This document shows, in pieces, positions 18,378 to 28,191 of a stretch of 64,000 nt of DNA. The position numbers were made by a program, and so were the translations under genes. The first letter of the stretch is position 1; every line of letters begins with the position of its first letter. The stretch spans positions 10,314-74,313 of the forward strand of contig JALERH010000030.1 in assembly GCA_022764275.1 (NCBI GenBank). The letters are read 5' to 3'. Source of the stretch: Blautia sp. Its GTDB lineage: Bacteria > Bacillota > Clostridia > Lachnospirales > Lachnospiraceae. The notes below the pieces were generated by a model, which saw nothing but the letters and a program-made list of their open reading frames with translations, did not search any database and was not told the DNA's origin.

Positions 18378-19427
18378 TTAGTCTTCATTCATCAGAAGAA
18401 TTTTTCCCTTTACAAGGCCAGGCGTCTTATAAAGCTGGAAAGCCTCCTGGGCCTGGCTCATAGGCATTTTTTTATAAATAAAGCCCGGATCGAATTTCAG
18501 CTGTCCCGTTGCAAAATAATGAGCAGTCAGATCCCACTCTTTTCCCGGGAAAGGAGAACTGTAGGACATCCAGGAGCCAGTCAGCTTAAATTCCTTACGG
18601 TTCATATTCTCCCACTGCTTTGGCGTAAAGTTAAGATCCACATGAGGAGTTCCGATAAAGCAGACGTGCGCCTTATTTGCTGCAAGCTCAAAAGCCATAT
18701 GCATGGTAGGAACCTGTCCGGCTGTCTCATAGACAAAACCGTATCCTTTTCCGCCGGTGATTGCCATCGCTTCTTCCATATAATTTTCCTTCGTGGTGTC
18801 AATTACCTCGTCTGCTCCAAGACGTTTTGCCAGTTCCAGACGTTCCTGACTGATATCGAATACCACAACCTTTTTGGAACCGAAAATTTTTGCCCACTGC
18901 ATGGTAAACATTCCGATGGTTCCACCGCCTAAAATTGCCACATACTGGCCGCCCTGGTAATCGTTCTGCAGAAGTCCGTGAAGGGCTACGGTAGACGGCT
19001 CAAACATGGCACCCTGCTCATAGGAGATCGATGGATCAAAAGGAATGGCATTCTGCTCCGGGATCACCACGTAATCCGCATTGCTTCCCTGCTCTCTGGA
19101 GCCAATAAAGCTGTAATGCTTGCACAGAGAAAAGTTTCCGTTCTGACAGTCATCACATTTCATACATGGAAGAAGCGGTGCTCCTGAAACTCTCTGTCCT
19201 GCTTTCACCTTTGTGACGCCTTCTCCCACTTCCACTACATCGCCGGAAAATTCATGTCCCAGTACGATAGGATAAAAGTGAACGCCGTTATGTAATACAC
19301 GCGGAATATCGGAACCGCAGATACCGGAAGCTTTTACCTTAATTTTCACATAGCCCGGTTTCACCTGTGGTTCTTCCACTTCCTGGTAACGTACGTCCTC
19401 ATTTGCTACTACAACTGCTGCTTTCAT
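18378..19427 (-). CDS. Zn-dependent dehydrogenase, galactitol-1-phosphate 5-dehydrogenase-like
   Basis: GICGSD, LGHEFSG, CMKCDDC, ILGGGTIG, C-terminal GSWMSYSSPFPGKEW as in GatD-type enzymes. Confidence 0.8.
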   Translation of the reverse strand: MKAAVVVANEDVRYQEVEEPQVKPGYVKIKVKASGICGSDIPRVLHNGVHFYPIVLGHEFSGDVVEVGEGVTKVKAGQRVSGAPLLPCMKCDDCQNGNFSLCKHYSFIGSREQGSNADYVVIPEQNAIPFDPSISYEQGAMFEPSTVALHGLLQNDYQGGQYVAILGGGTIGMFTMQWAKIFGSKKVVVFDISQERLELAKRLGADEVIDTTKENYMEEAMAITGGKGYGFVYETAGQVPTMHMAFELAANKAHVCFIGTPHVDLNFTPKQWENMNRKEFKLTGSWMSYSSPFPGKEWDLTAHYFATGQLKFDPGFIYKKMPMSQAQEAFQLYKTPGLVKGKILLMNED

Positions 19428-19496
19428 AACTATTATTTCCTCCTTGGATCAGAAAGGGAAATCCTTTCTGAAATGATAAACCAATCTGTTTCCTGT

Positions 19497-21014
19497 TCAC
19501 TGCGGCTTTACCATCAGGTCTTTCAGATTTTCATAAAGCTTCCGATAGGTATCGTAGTTCCGGTCGTATATTTTCCGATTGTCAGGATTCGGCTCATGGC
19601 GTCTCGTTTCTTTCACCGTCAGAGACACTGCCTCCTCATAGCTTTCGTAAAATCCCACGCCTACGCCTGCCAGAATCGCCGCCCCCAGGGTAGTCGCCGT
19701 ATCAGAAGAAGGCACCACAACAGACTTCCCTGTTACATCAGCCTTGATCTGCGTCCACAAAAGGGAATTTGCTGAACCTCCCATAGCACGAAGGACCTCG
19801 ACTTCTGCACCGGCTTTTTCAGCTGTTTCCAGATTGTGGCGAAGAGCAAAGGCAACGCCTTCCATGCAGGCCCGAACCATATGCCCCTTCGTCTTTGCGA
19901 AATCCAGTCCGTAGAACACTCCCTTTGCGTATGGATTCCAGATTGGGGAACGCTCTCCTGACATATATGGTAAAAATACGACTCCGTCACTTCCGGGTGC
20001 AATTTTTTCTGCAATCTCGTTCAGCTGTGTCAGAGAAGACTTCCCGGAAGCTTCCTTCCGGGCTCTCTCATAGTCCGCAAATTCCCGTTCGAACCACCGC
20101 ATGACACCGCCGCCTCCGGTGGTACCTCCCTGCAGAAGCCACTGTCCCGGAACCACATGAAATCCCAGGATCAGCCTTGGATCCGCTTTATAGGAGTCCA
20201 TACAGATACTCATGCCTCCTGCCTGACCACCCTGCTCCTGTGTTTCTCCCGGATGGATCACCCCTGCTCCCAGAGTTCCGCAGGCTGCATCCAGACCTCC
20301 GGCCACAACCGGTGTTCCCACAGCAAGGCCGCACTGGGCAGACGCAGTTTCTGTCACCGTCCCCACCACCTTATCGCATGATACGATTTCCGGCAGGAAT
20401 TTGGCAGGAATCCCAAGCTTTTCGCACATTTCCTGATTCCAGGTACCATTTTTCATGTCAAAACAATGAAGCCCATAGCCCTGTGACAGATCCTGACTCA
20501 ATGCTCCTGTCAGCCGATAAGCGATATAGCTGTTGGACTGCAGGATTTTATCAATTTTCTCATACACCTCCGGCATATTTTCCTGATACCAGAGAATTTT
20601 GGCAGTGGTGTAGGATGGCTGAAGAGAATTTCCTGCCACCTGAAAAATTTTCTCTGCCCCCACTTTCTCATTCAGCCAGTCGCAGATTTCCTGTGCCCTG
20701 GTATCCATCCAGATAGGGGTGTTGGTCAGTACATTTCCTTCTTTGTCAACCGCAATCGCAGACCAGCTCTGTCCGTCAATTCCCACCCCGGCAATCTCTT
20801 CTGCCGGGATATCCCCCTGCTTCAGGCATTCCCGGGTGGCCTTGCATACAGCATCCCACCATTCTTCCGGGTTCTGTTCTGCCCATCCTTCCCGGGGATA
20901 GTAAACCGGATAATCCCCATTTGCGGAAGCTTTTACCTTTCCTTCCCGGTCAAACACCGCAACTTTACAGGCGCTGGTTCCAATATCAATTCCCAATAAA
21001 TATTTCTTTATCAT
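19497..21014 (-). CDS. FGGY-family carbohydrate kinase (xylulokinase-like)
   Basis: LGIDIGTS, WAEQNPEEWW, IWMDTRA, FLPYMSGERSP, RACMEGVA, MGGSA. Confidence 0.92.
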   Translation of the reverse strand: MIKKYLLGIDIGTSACKVAVFDREGKVKASANGDYPVYYPREGWAEQNPEEWWDAVCKATRECLKQGDIPAEEIAGVGIDGQSWSAIAVDKEGNVLTNTPIWMDTRAQEICDWLNEKVGAEKIFQVAGNSLQPSYTTAKILWYQENMPEVYEKIDKILQSNSYIAYRLTGALSQDLSQGYGLHCFDMKNGTWNQEMCEKLGIPAKFLPEIVSCDKVVGTVTETASAQCGLAVGTPVVAGGLDAACGTLGAGVIHPGETQEQGGQAGGMSICMDSYKADPRLILGFHVVPGQWLLQGGTTGGGGVMRWFEREFADYERARKEASGKSSLTQLNEIAEKIAPGSDGVVFLPYMSGERSPIWNPYAKGVFYGLDFAKTKGHMVRACMEGVAFALRHNLETAEKAGAEVEVLRAMGGSANSLLWTQIKADVTGKSVVVPSSDTATTLGAAILAGVGVGFYESYEEAVSLTVKETRRHEPNPDNRKIYDRNYDTYRKLYENLKDLMVKPQ

Positions 21015-21024
21015 CTTCTCCTCC

Positions 21025-22038
21025 TCAGATTCTTCCTATGGATTTTCCCATAAAAATCTCTGTCTGAAGCTTCTCTGTAATCCCTTCCGATGCTCCCTGC
21101 TCCTCTTTCGAATTTTCCAGGCGCTCCAAAATGATCCTTGCCACTTCCCTGGCAATTTTTTCCGTAGGCTGGGAAATGATCGTAAGCTTCGGGCTGCATG
21201 CACGGGCAAACTGCAGGTTGTCAAATCCAATCATGGAGAGATCTTCCCGCAAATGAATTCCCATTTCATTCACACCGATAACAGCACCCATCGTCATTTC
21301 ATAATTCGTCACAAATACAGCTGTCATATCCGGATTATTCTTTACCAGTGTCTCTATGGCACGTACACCGCCCTGTATGGTATAATCCCCATAATAAATC
21401 AGATTTTCCTCCACCGGAATTTCATGTTTTTCCAGGGCGCTGCGGTATCCCGACAGACGCTCCCTGGCTGTGGAGATATCTTTTGGTCCGGCAATGATTC
21501 CAATCTTTCTGTGTCCGTTTGCAAAAAACAATTCCATGGCATCTTCGGCTGCTTTTTCATTATCCACCAGCACACAGTCACAGGAGAGCCCTTTGATCCG
21601 TCGGTCGATCAGTACGATTGGCTTTCCGGTCTTTTTGAACGCTTCCAGGTGGCTTCCGCTGCCGTTCACCGGCATATTGATGATACCATCCACTCTTTTT
21701 CTGACGAGGAATTCGACTGCCTCTTTTTCCAGTCTTTTGTCTGTCCGGCAATCGCATACAATGGTCGCATAGCCGTGGTTTCGCAGAATATCTTCCATCC
21801 CGGTAATAATTTCCGTACAGAAAATATTGTTCAGCTCCGGTATGACGACTCCCACTGTCTTGGTGGCATTCGTCTTTAACCCACGGGCAACCTCATTCAC
21901 TTCATAATGCAGTTCCTGGATGGCTTCTTCAATTTTCGCCCTGTTCTTTTCCCGTACATTTCCCCCGTTGAAATAAGAGGAAATGGTGGCCAGACCAAGT
22001 CCTGTTCGCCTGGCAATGTCCTTCATCGTTGCCGCCAT
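21025..22038 (-). CDS. LacI-family transcriptional regulator
   Basis: TMKDIARRTGLGLATIS HTH, ARGLK hinge, periplasmic-binding-like effector domain. Confidence 0.95.
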   Translation of the reverse strand: MAATMKDIARRTGLGLATISSYFNGGNVREKNRAKIEEAIQELHYEVNEVARGLKTNATKTVGVVIPELNNIFCTEIITGMEDILRNHGYATIVCDCRTDKRLEKEAVEFLVRKRVDGIINMPVNGSGSHLEAFKKTGKPIVLIDRRIKGLSCDCVLVDNEKAAEDAMELFFANGHRKIGIIAGPKDISTARERLSGYRSALEKHEIPVEENLIYYGDYTIQGGVRAIETLVKNNPDMTAVFVTNYEMTMGAVIGVNEMGIHLREDLSMIGFDNLQFARACSPKLTIISQPTEKIAREVARIILERLENSKEEQGASEGITEKLQTEIFMGKSIGRI

Positions 22039-22055
22039 ACCATCACTCCCGGCTT

Positions 22056-22904
22056 TTATTCTGCTTTTCCATCGCAGCCGCATACCTTCATGCGTGCCAT
22101 TACCAGTTCTTTTACTGCTGCAATTCCCGCTTTTCCATATACCTTCGGGTCAAATACTTTCTCATCTTCCAGAGTCTCTCTCACGGCCTTGCTGTATGCT
22201 GCTCTAAGCTCTGTGGCAAAATTCACTTTGCAGATACCGCGTCTTACGCAGTCCATAACATCCTCATCGGTCAGACCGGAAGCGCCGTGGAGAACAAGAG
22301 GAATGTCCACTACTTCACGGATCTCGCTAAGGCGTTCCTTATCCAGAACCGGTGTACCAACATAGAAGCCATGCGCTGTTCCGATTGCCACTGCAAGAGA
22401 AGTAACACCTGTACGCTCCACAAACTCTTTTGCCTGCTGCGGATCTGTATTGGTATCTGCTACTGCTTCCAGATCGTCTTCTTTGCCGCCTACCTTACCA
22501 AGCTCTGCCTCGCAGGGAATTCCCATAGATGCCGCCACATCTGCTACTTTTTTGCTCACTTCAACATTTCCTTCAAAGTCAAGCTTGGAGCCATCTATCA
22601 TAACAGAAGTATAACCTGCTTTTAATGCTTTCATAGCCAGGTCAAAGCTGCTGCCGTGATCCAGATGCAGGCATACTGGAACGGATGCCTGTGCTGCTTC
22701 TGCTGCGACAATCGCACAATATGTGTCAAGCGTTCCATATTTGATGGTGGACGGAGTCGTCTGAATCATCACAGGGGCTTTCAGCTCCTCAGCAGCCTGA
22801 ATAATGGCTTTCACCATTTCCATATTCTCTGCATTAAATGCACCTACTGCATAACCGCCCTTCTGGGCTTTTAATAACATTTCTTCTGATGTAACAAGTG
22901 GCAT
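22056..22904 (-). CDS. Class II fructose/tagatose-1,6-bisphosphate aldolase
   Basis: YAVGAFN, LHLDHG, SVMIDGS, EAELG, LAVAIGTAHG, LVLHGASG, KVNFATE; RBS AAGGAGG. Confidence 0.92.
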   Translation of the reverse strand: MPLVTSEEMLLKAQKGGYAVGAFNAENMEMVKAIIQAAEELKAPVMIQTTPSTIKYGTLDTYCAIVAAEAAQASVPVCLHLDHGSSFDLAMKALKAGYTSVMIDGSKLDFEGNVEVSKKVADVAASMGIPCEAELGKVGGKEDDLEAVADTNTDPQQAKEFVERTGVTSLAVAIGTAHGFYVGTPVLDKERLSEIREVVDIPLVLHGASGLTDEDVMDCVRRGICKVNFATELRAAYSKAVRETLEDEKVFDPKVYGKAGIAAVKELVMARMKVCGCDGKAE

Positions 22905-22935
22905 CTCATTTGTCCTCCTTAATTTTTTGGAAACC

Positions 22936-22985
22936 GAAACGTTTCTGTTTTGTTTAATAATAACTCCTCTATCTTCATATGTCAA
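22936..22985 (-). promoter_or_regulatory. Sigma70 promoter with downstream LacI-type operator
   Basis: TTGACA(22985-22980)-17-TATTAT(22962-22957); palindrome GAAACGTTTC at 22936-22945 just after the predicted start site. Confidence 0.7.
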
Positions 22986-23103
22986 CCGTAAATTTTTCAT
23001 CTTTTCTCGGAAAATATTACCTTGAAAACAGCCTGAAACAAAGGTAAGTTATAAGATAGGATTGTATCAGATTCTACAAAAACAGAAGGGAGAAACAAAA
23101 ACT

Positions 23104-23547
23104 ATGTTAAAAGGAATTCCTGAAATATTATCACCAGAGTTACTGAAGGTTTTATGTGAAATGGGTCACAGTGACCGTATCGTAATCGCAGACGGCAATT
23201 TCCCGGTTGAATCCATGGGTAAAAACTGCAAGGTCGTACGCTGCGACGGCCACGGAGTACCGGAGCTTCTGGATGCTATCCTTACCGTAATTCCGCTGGA
23301 TACTTATGTAGAGCATCCTGTTAACCTGATGGAAGTTATGCCAGGGGATAATGTAGCCACCCCAATCTGGGATACATACAAAGAAATCATCGCAAAGCAT
23401 GATGAAAGAGGTGCTTCCGCAGTTGGAAATATCGAACGTTTTGCTTTCTATGACGAAGCAAAGACCGCATACTGCATCATTGCCACCGGTGAAAAAGCAG
23501 TTTACGCAAATGTAATGCTGCAGAAAGGTGTAGTCATCAACAAATAA
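23104..23547 (+). CDS. fucU: L-fucose mutarotase (RbsD/FucU family)
   Basis: MLKGIP..LSPELLKVLCEMGHSDRIVIADGNFP...IERFAFY...IATGE...YAN. Confidence 0.88.
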   Translation: MLKGIPEILSPELLKVLCEMGHSDRIVIADGNFPVESMGKNCKVVRCDGHGVPELLDAILTVIPLDTYVEHPVNLMEVMPGDNVATPIWDTYKEIIAKHDERGASAVGNIERFAFYDEAKTAYCIIATGEKAVYANVMLQKGVVINK

Positions 23548-23606
23548 TTTATGGGATGATCAGAGCCTCCTGTTCTGATTTTTATACACACATATTCAAA
23601 GAGTTC

Positions 23607-23638
23607 AAAAAGAGCACCTCAAATGAGGTGCTCTTTTT
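23607..23638. terminator. Bidirectional terminator
   Basis: AAAAAGAGCACCTC-AAAT-GAGGTGCTCTTTTT between convergent genes. Confidence 0.85.
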
Positions 23639-23650
23639 GTATGATTTCAT

Positions 23651-24748
23651 TTATTTGTTATCTTTATTTTTCTTTTTCAAGAGAACTCCGACAACAATCA
23701 GTGCGATCACAATCAACGCAATCAAGATCCAAATGACAGGATTCTGAACCCAGGAAGTACTTTTCACTTCTGTGCTGGATGCTTCTTTGTCATCTTCTGC
23801 TTTTTCAGCAGGAGTTGCTTCTGTAGTAGGGACCGGCTCCTCTGTAGGTGCAGCAGTTGCCGCCGTTGTAGGTGTTACCTTTTCAGTAGGAGTTGCAGTA
23901 GCTTCTGCAGCCTCTGTAGCCGTTGGCGCTGCTGTTGGTGTAGATGTCGGCTCTGTTGTAGGAGTGGCAGTCGGCTTCGGAGTAGCGGTTGGCTTTGGTG
24001 TAGGGGTAGCGGTTGGCTTCGGTGTAGGAGCAGCCGTTGGCTTTGGTGTTGCGGTCGGTGCTGGTGTCACAGTCACATTGCCTGATTTTCCGGTCTCTTC
24101 AACCTTTGTTTCCTCCACATCATTTCCTGTGTCTGATACCATATCGACTGCAGAAACTTCTGTACCGGTAGCAGTATTGATGTTCACCCATCCGGAAACT
24201 CCGTTGTAACTTGTCTCTCCCCACACGCCATCCTTTCCTGTATCAACTTCACTGGAAACGGATAACTGCTGTCCATTGGCAATCTCTGTTGCCCCGGTTA
24301 CTGTTCCGTATTTCTTTCCCGGTCCTTTATACAAAGAAACAGAACCGTCTTTTGCATTTACCGTAATATCGTAATCTGCATCTTTTCCACCGTAAAGGCT
24401 GTATTCAGACTGAATCGCTTCTGAAAGGGTAGCCGGCTTCAGATCATCCATAAGAATAAAACCGTGCATTCCCTGATACTGTGCATAAGCCCACAGCTTA
24501 CCATCATCAGATTTTTTCTCTCCTTCTACATGGATAGCTGTACCATTGGGGATCAGTTCTTCATTTAATTTTGAGCTGTCAAGTCTTGGTTCAGAAAAGA
24601 TATCCACTCCTCCGTCCCTGGACTCCACGATCATATAATAATCGGTCTTATAATCCACATTCTGCGGTGTTCCGGCATCTGCCCATACCCCAATCGTCAT
24701 ACACAGGCTCAGAAGCACTGCAAGAAAAATGCCAATCTTTTTTCTCAT
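23651..24748 (-). CDS. Surface protein: two SH3b-like domains, Pro/Thr-rich repeat linker, C-terminal TM anchor
   Basis: Signal peptide; WAYAQYQGMHGFI and WGETSYNGVSGWVN; PTATPKPT repeats; TM followed by KKKNK. Confidence 0.8.
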   Translation of the reverse strand: MRKKIGIFLAVLLSLCMTIGVWADAGTPQNVDYKTDYYMIVESRDGGVDIFSEPRLDSSKLNEELIPNGTAIHVEGEKKSDDGKLWAYAQYQGMHGFILMDDLKPATLSEAIQSEYSLYGGKDADYDITVNAKDGSVSLYKGPGKKYGTVTGATEIANGQQLSVSSEVDTGKDGVWGETSYNGVSGWVNINTATGTEVSAVDMVSDTGNDVEETKVEETGKSGNVTVTPAPTATPKPTAAPTPKPTATPTPKPTATPKPTATPTTEPTSTPTAAPTATEAAEATATPTEKVTPTTAATAAPTEEPVPTTEATPAEKAEDDKEASSTEVKSTSWVQNPVIWILIALIVIALIVVGVLLKKKNKDNK

Positions 24749-24913
24749 AATAATCCCCTTCAATTTCTTTTTTACAAGATCTATTCCCTAAAGCGACCTG
24801 ATTCGCATAAGAAACCTATTTTTATGCTATATTTCCTATTTTAGCACGGTTTTCAAAAGATGCAATCTTTTTTTGCAGATTTTTCCTGTTTATTTCTGTA
24901 TAAAATAAAAAAC

Positions 24914-24962
24914 ACTGCCGCATCTGTGATTTTCTCATCATGGATGCGGCAGCAGCTTTTTT
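24914..24962 (-). terminator. Terminator after fucI
   Basis: CTGCCGCATC...GATGCGGCAG stem flanked by A/T tracts. Confidence 0.65.
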
Positions 24963-25008
24963 ATATGACGGGATATGTGCCATAAGCACATATCCCACAT
25001 GTAATCAA

Positions 25009-26805
25009 TTATTTATAAAGAGGTCCGTAGTTCTTGCAAGCTCTGAAGTCTGCGCCTTCTTTGTCCATGCCGAATGCATTCCAAGCTGCCGGACGGAAGA
25101 TTTTTTCTTCTGGTACGTTGTGCATGCAAACCGGAATTCTCAGCATAGAGCACATGGTGATCAGGTCTGCACCAATGTGTCCATAGGAGATTGCACCATG
25201 GTTAGCGCCCCAGTTGTTCATTACATCGTAAGCAGATTTGAATGCGCCTTCTTTGCCATCGCATCTCGGTACAAACCATGTACATGGCCATGTATAGTCA
25301 GTACGTTTCCACAGCGGATCAGAGATTTCTTCCGGAAGATCCAGAGTCCATCCTTCAGCGATCTGAAGAACCGGTCCAAGGCCTTTTACAAGGTTCAGAC
25401 GAATCATAGTTGCAGGCATCTGTGCTTTGGTCTCAAATCTGGAGGAGAATCCGCCGCCACGGAAGTATCCGATATCAGCAAAGTTCCAGGTAGTGTTTTT
25501 CATGATAGCATCCTGATCTGCCTCTGTAACTTCATACCATGGTTTCATAACGGAATTTCCGTTTTCATCTTTTGCCGCACCGTTTGCATCCAGACAGCAT
25601 GCGCCGGAGTTGATCAGATGGATAAATCCGCCGTTTTCCTTTGCGATTCCTTCCAGTTCATATCCGGTAACTCTCTTAACAGCCTCTGGGCTCCAGTATG
25701 TACGAACGTCTGCGAACATCTGAGCACGATTGGTAAGGAGTTTCATAAACAGCATTCCAAGACCGTTCAGAACGTCATTCTCTGTAGCAAGGATGTACGG
25801 CTCTCTTGCTCCGTTCCAGTCGAAGGATGTATTCAGAACTGCTTCTGCAAAGTCGCCGTTTGGATAGAAGTCTGTCCACTGTCTCTGTCCCTGGAAGCCA
25901 GCAGCGATTGCATTGTGTCCAACCATCTCTTCCTCGCGTCCTTCCGGAAGATTCGGGTTGCCGTTCATCAGGTCTTTGATGATAACTGCCATCTTAACAA
26001 CAAACTCGAACTGCTCTTCTTTCTTCTCATCACTCATCTGCAGTTCTTCCGGGTTCTTGTCAAAGCCGATGATGCATTTTTCTTTTGCCCATGCAAGAGC
26101 TTTCTGGTATTCAGCCTCATCATAAATGCCTTCTGTCATACGACGGATGATCTCAACCTCATCAACAGATTCTACACGCATTCCAAGGTAGGACTCGATA
26201 AAGTCAGAGTCAATAATGGATCCGCCGATACCCATACAGATGGATCCGATCTGTAACCAGGATTTTCCTCTCATGGAAGCAGCTGCAACTGCTGCACGTC
26301 CGAATCTTAACAGTTTTTCTTTCACATCTTCCGGAACTGTTGTATCATCAGCATCCTGAACCTCATGTCCGTAAATACCGAATGCCGGAAGACCTTTCTG
26401 TGCATGAGTAGCAAGAACAGATGCCAGATATACAGCGCCTGGTCTCTCTGTTGCATTAAAGCCCCATACAGCTTTGATGGTCTGAGGATCCATATCCATT
26501 GTCTCAGAACCATAGCACCAGCACGGAGTAACAGTAAGAGTGATGTCAACGCCTTCTTTTCTGAATTTGTCAGCGCAAGCTGCAGATTCTGCAACACGTC
26601 CGATTGTTGTATCAGCGATAACAACCTTTACAGGCTCGCCATTGGAATATCTTAAATTCTCTTCAAATAATTTTGCAGCTGATTTAGCCATGTTCATGGT
26701 CTGCTCTTCCAGAGATTCACGAACCTTTAATGCTCCGCGACGGCCATCAATCGTAGGTCTGATACCGATTACCGGGTAGCTTCCAATTAATCTGCTTTCT
26801 GCCAT
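25009..26805 (-). CDS. fucI: L-fucose isomerase
   Basis: [53 protein letters not shown]. Confidence 0.97.
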   Translation of the reverse strand: MAESRLIGSYPVIGIRPTIDGRRGALKVRESLEEQTMNMAKSAAKLFEENLRYSNGEPVKVVIADTTIGRVAESAACADKFRKEGVDITLTVTPCWCYGSETMDMDPQTIKAVWGFNATERPGAVYLASVLATHAQKGLPAFGIYGHEVQDADDTTVPEDVKEKLLRFGRAAVAAASMRGKSWLQIGSICMGIGGSIIDSDFIESYLGMRVESVDEVEIIRRMTEGIYDEAEYQKALAWAKEKCIIGFDKNPEELQMSDEKKEEQFEFVVKMAVIIKDLMNGNPNLPEGREEEMVGHNAIAAGFQGQRQWTDFYPNGDFAEAVLNTSFDWNGAREPYILATENDVLNGLGMLFMKLLTNRAQMFADVRTYWSPEAVKRVTGYELEGIAKENGGFIHLINSGACCLDANGAAKDENGNSVMKPWYEVTEADQDAIMKNTTWNFADIGYFRGGGFSSRFETKAQMPATMIRLNLVKGLGPVLQIAEGWTLDLPEEISDPLWKRTDYTWPCTWFVPRCDGKEGAFKSAYDVMNNWGANHGAISYGHIGADLITMCSMLRIPVCMHNVPEEKIFRPAAWNAFGMDKEGADFRACKNYGPLYK

Positions 26806-26992
26806 AATTACAAATTACCTCCTAATAATTATATAATTTCGTTCTGCAGGATTTCTCTTCAAATCCTTATGTTTGTATTATACGATTGAAAAAAAGAAAT
26901 TACTTGTGTTATAATAGCAAATAATAGTACAATATTCACTTTTTCTGTCGAAGATGTAAAAAATCTATAAACTTTAAAGAGGAGGTGATTCT

Positions 26993-27844
26993 TTGCATGA
27001 TTTAGACCGTAACGAAGACCGCAGAAGAGGAACCTATGAGTTTCCTTTTGAGTTTCATCATATTGATGCCAGTCACCCAAGATACGTGATGTCCTACCAC
27101 TGGCACGTGGAATATGAAATCATTCGCATCCTGAAAGGGCAGCTTACTGTCACTTTAGACGAAAAAAGTTTCACAGCATGCGCTGATGATGTAATTTTTA
27201 TCCATAGCGGGGTCCTTCATTCGGGAATACCGGATGACTGTATTTACCAGTGCATCGTTTTCGACATCAATGCTTTTCTGAAGCTGAATTCTGTCTGTGC
27301 AGATTATATGCAGAAGATCATTCACCAGGAGGTCATGATCTATCATCATTTTACGAAAAAGCAACCGGAAATTATTCAGATTGTAAATAATCTCTTTGAT
27401 GCCATGTGGAAACATTCCAATGGTTACGAAATGATTGTGATTGGACAATTTTACCACTTTTTCGGTTTAATTTTTGGCAATCATTACTATCTGGACAACA
27501 TTCCCAAGGCCCGCCGGGATTACAAACGTATTTTGCAGTTAAAGCAGGTGGTGGAATTTATTGAAAAGAATTATGCCAGCCCAATCACCCTGCAGCAGCT
27601 TTCCGCATCTGTATCCATGTCGCCCAAATATTTCTGTCGTTTTTTTTCAGAGATGACGCATCAGACTCCTATGGATTATCTGAACCGCCAGCGCATTGAA
27701 CAGGCCTGTTACCAGCTTTCCACTACGGATGATTCCATTACGGAAATCGCTTACCGCAATGGATTTAATGATTTAAGCTACTTTATCCGTACCTTTAAAA
27801 AATACAAGGGAACCACACCAGGAAAATATAAAAAGCGCTGCTAA
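26993..27844 (+). CDS. AraC-family regulator (cupin + HTH), divergent from fucI
   Basis: YHWHVEYEI cupin; SPKYFCRFF...TEIAYRNGFNDLSYFIRTFKK. Confidence 0.93.
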   Translation: MHDLDRNEDRRRGTYEFPFEFHHIDASHPRYVMSYHWHVEYEIIRILKGQLTVTLDEKSFTACADDVIFIHSGVLHSGIPDDCIYQCIVFDINAFLKLNSVCADYMQKIIHQEVMIYHHFTKKQPEIIQIVNNLFDAMWKHSNGYEMIVIGQFYHFFGLIFGNHYYLDNIPKARRDYKRILQLKQVVEFIEKNYASPITLQQLSASVSMSPKYFCRFFSEMTHQTPMDYLNRQRIEQACYQLSTTDDSITEIAYRNGFNDLSYFIRTFKKYKGTTPGKYKKRC

Positions 27845-27871
27845 TCCTTCACAACATGTCCGAAAATACGA

Positions 27872-27945
27872 AAGCCTCTGCAGATTTGCAGAGGCTTAAG
27901 GTCCGAATGGACGAAGATGCCAGGTTTTCTTCTGAAAAACCTGGC
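27872..27945. terminator. Two tandem hairpins after the AraC gene
   Basis: AAGCCTCTGCA-GATT-TGCAGAGGCTT (27872-27897) and GCCAGGTTTT...AAAACCTGGC (27919-27945). Confidence 0.6.
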
Positions 27946-28148
27946 TGCTTTCGCATAATATGATGAATTACGCTGAAAAATTTATTGACAATACATTATC
28001 TTTTATGTATCTTATTTTTTCCATATTTTCTCTCTGTATTTTATTCGTTCTTCTTTTTTTCTTTCGCTTATTATATTCTATCAAATAGTTCTAAAAAAAA
28101 CAACAAAAAGAAAACCATTTATTCTTGTATATTTCGACGGCGTACTGC

Positions 28149-28179
28149 AAAAAAAGGAGTGCACAAAGCACTCCTTTTT
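28149..28179. terminator. Bidirectional terminator ending the BMC operon
   Basis: AAAAAGGAGTGC-ACAAA-GCACTCCTTTTT. Confidence 0.85.
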
Positions 28180-28191
28180 CATTTCTCTGTT

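Noticed and set aside
23900-24070. Tandem repeats possibly CRISPR-like or a contingency locus
   Set aside because: They encode the in-frame Pro/Thr linker with degenerate third positions; no spacers and no cas genes.
24940-26256. 438-aa plus-strand ORF
   Set aside because: Antisense shadow of fucI. The same applies to the many other plus-strand ORFs opposite real genes (e.g. 14857-15720, 54302-55231, 58661-60121).
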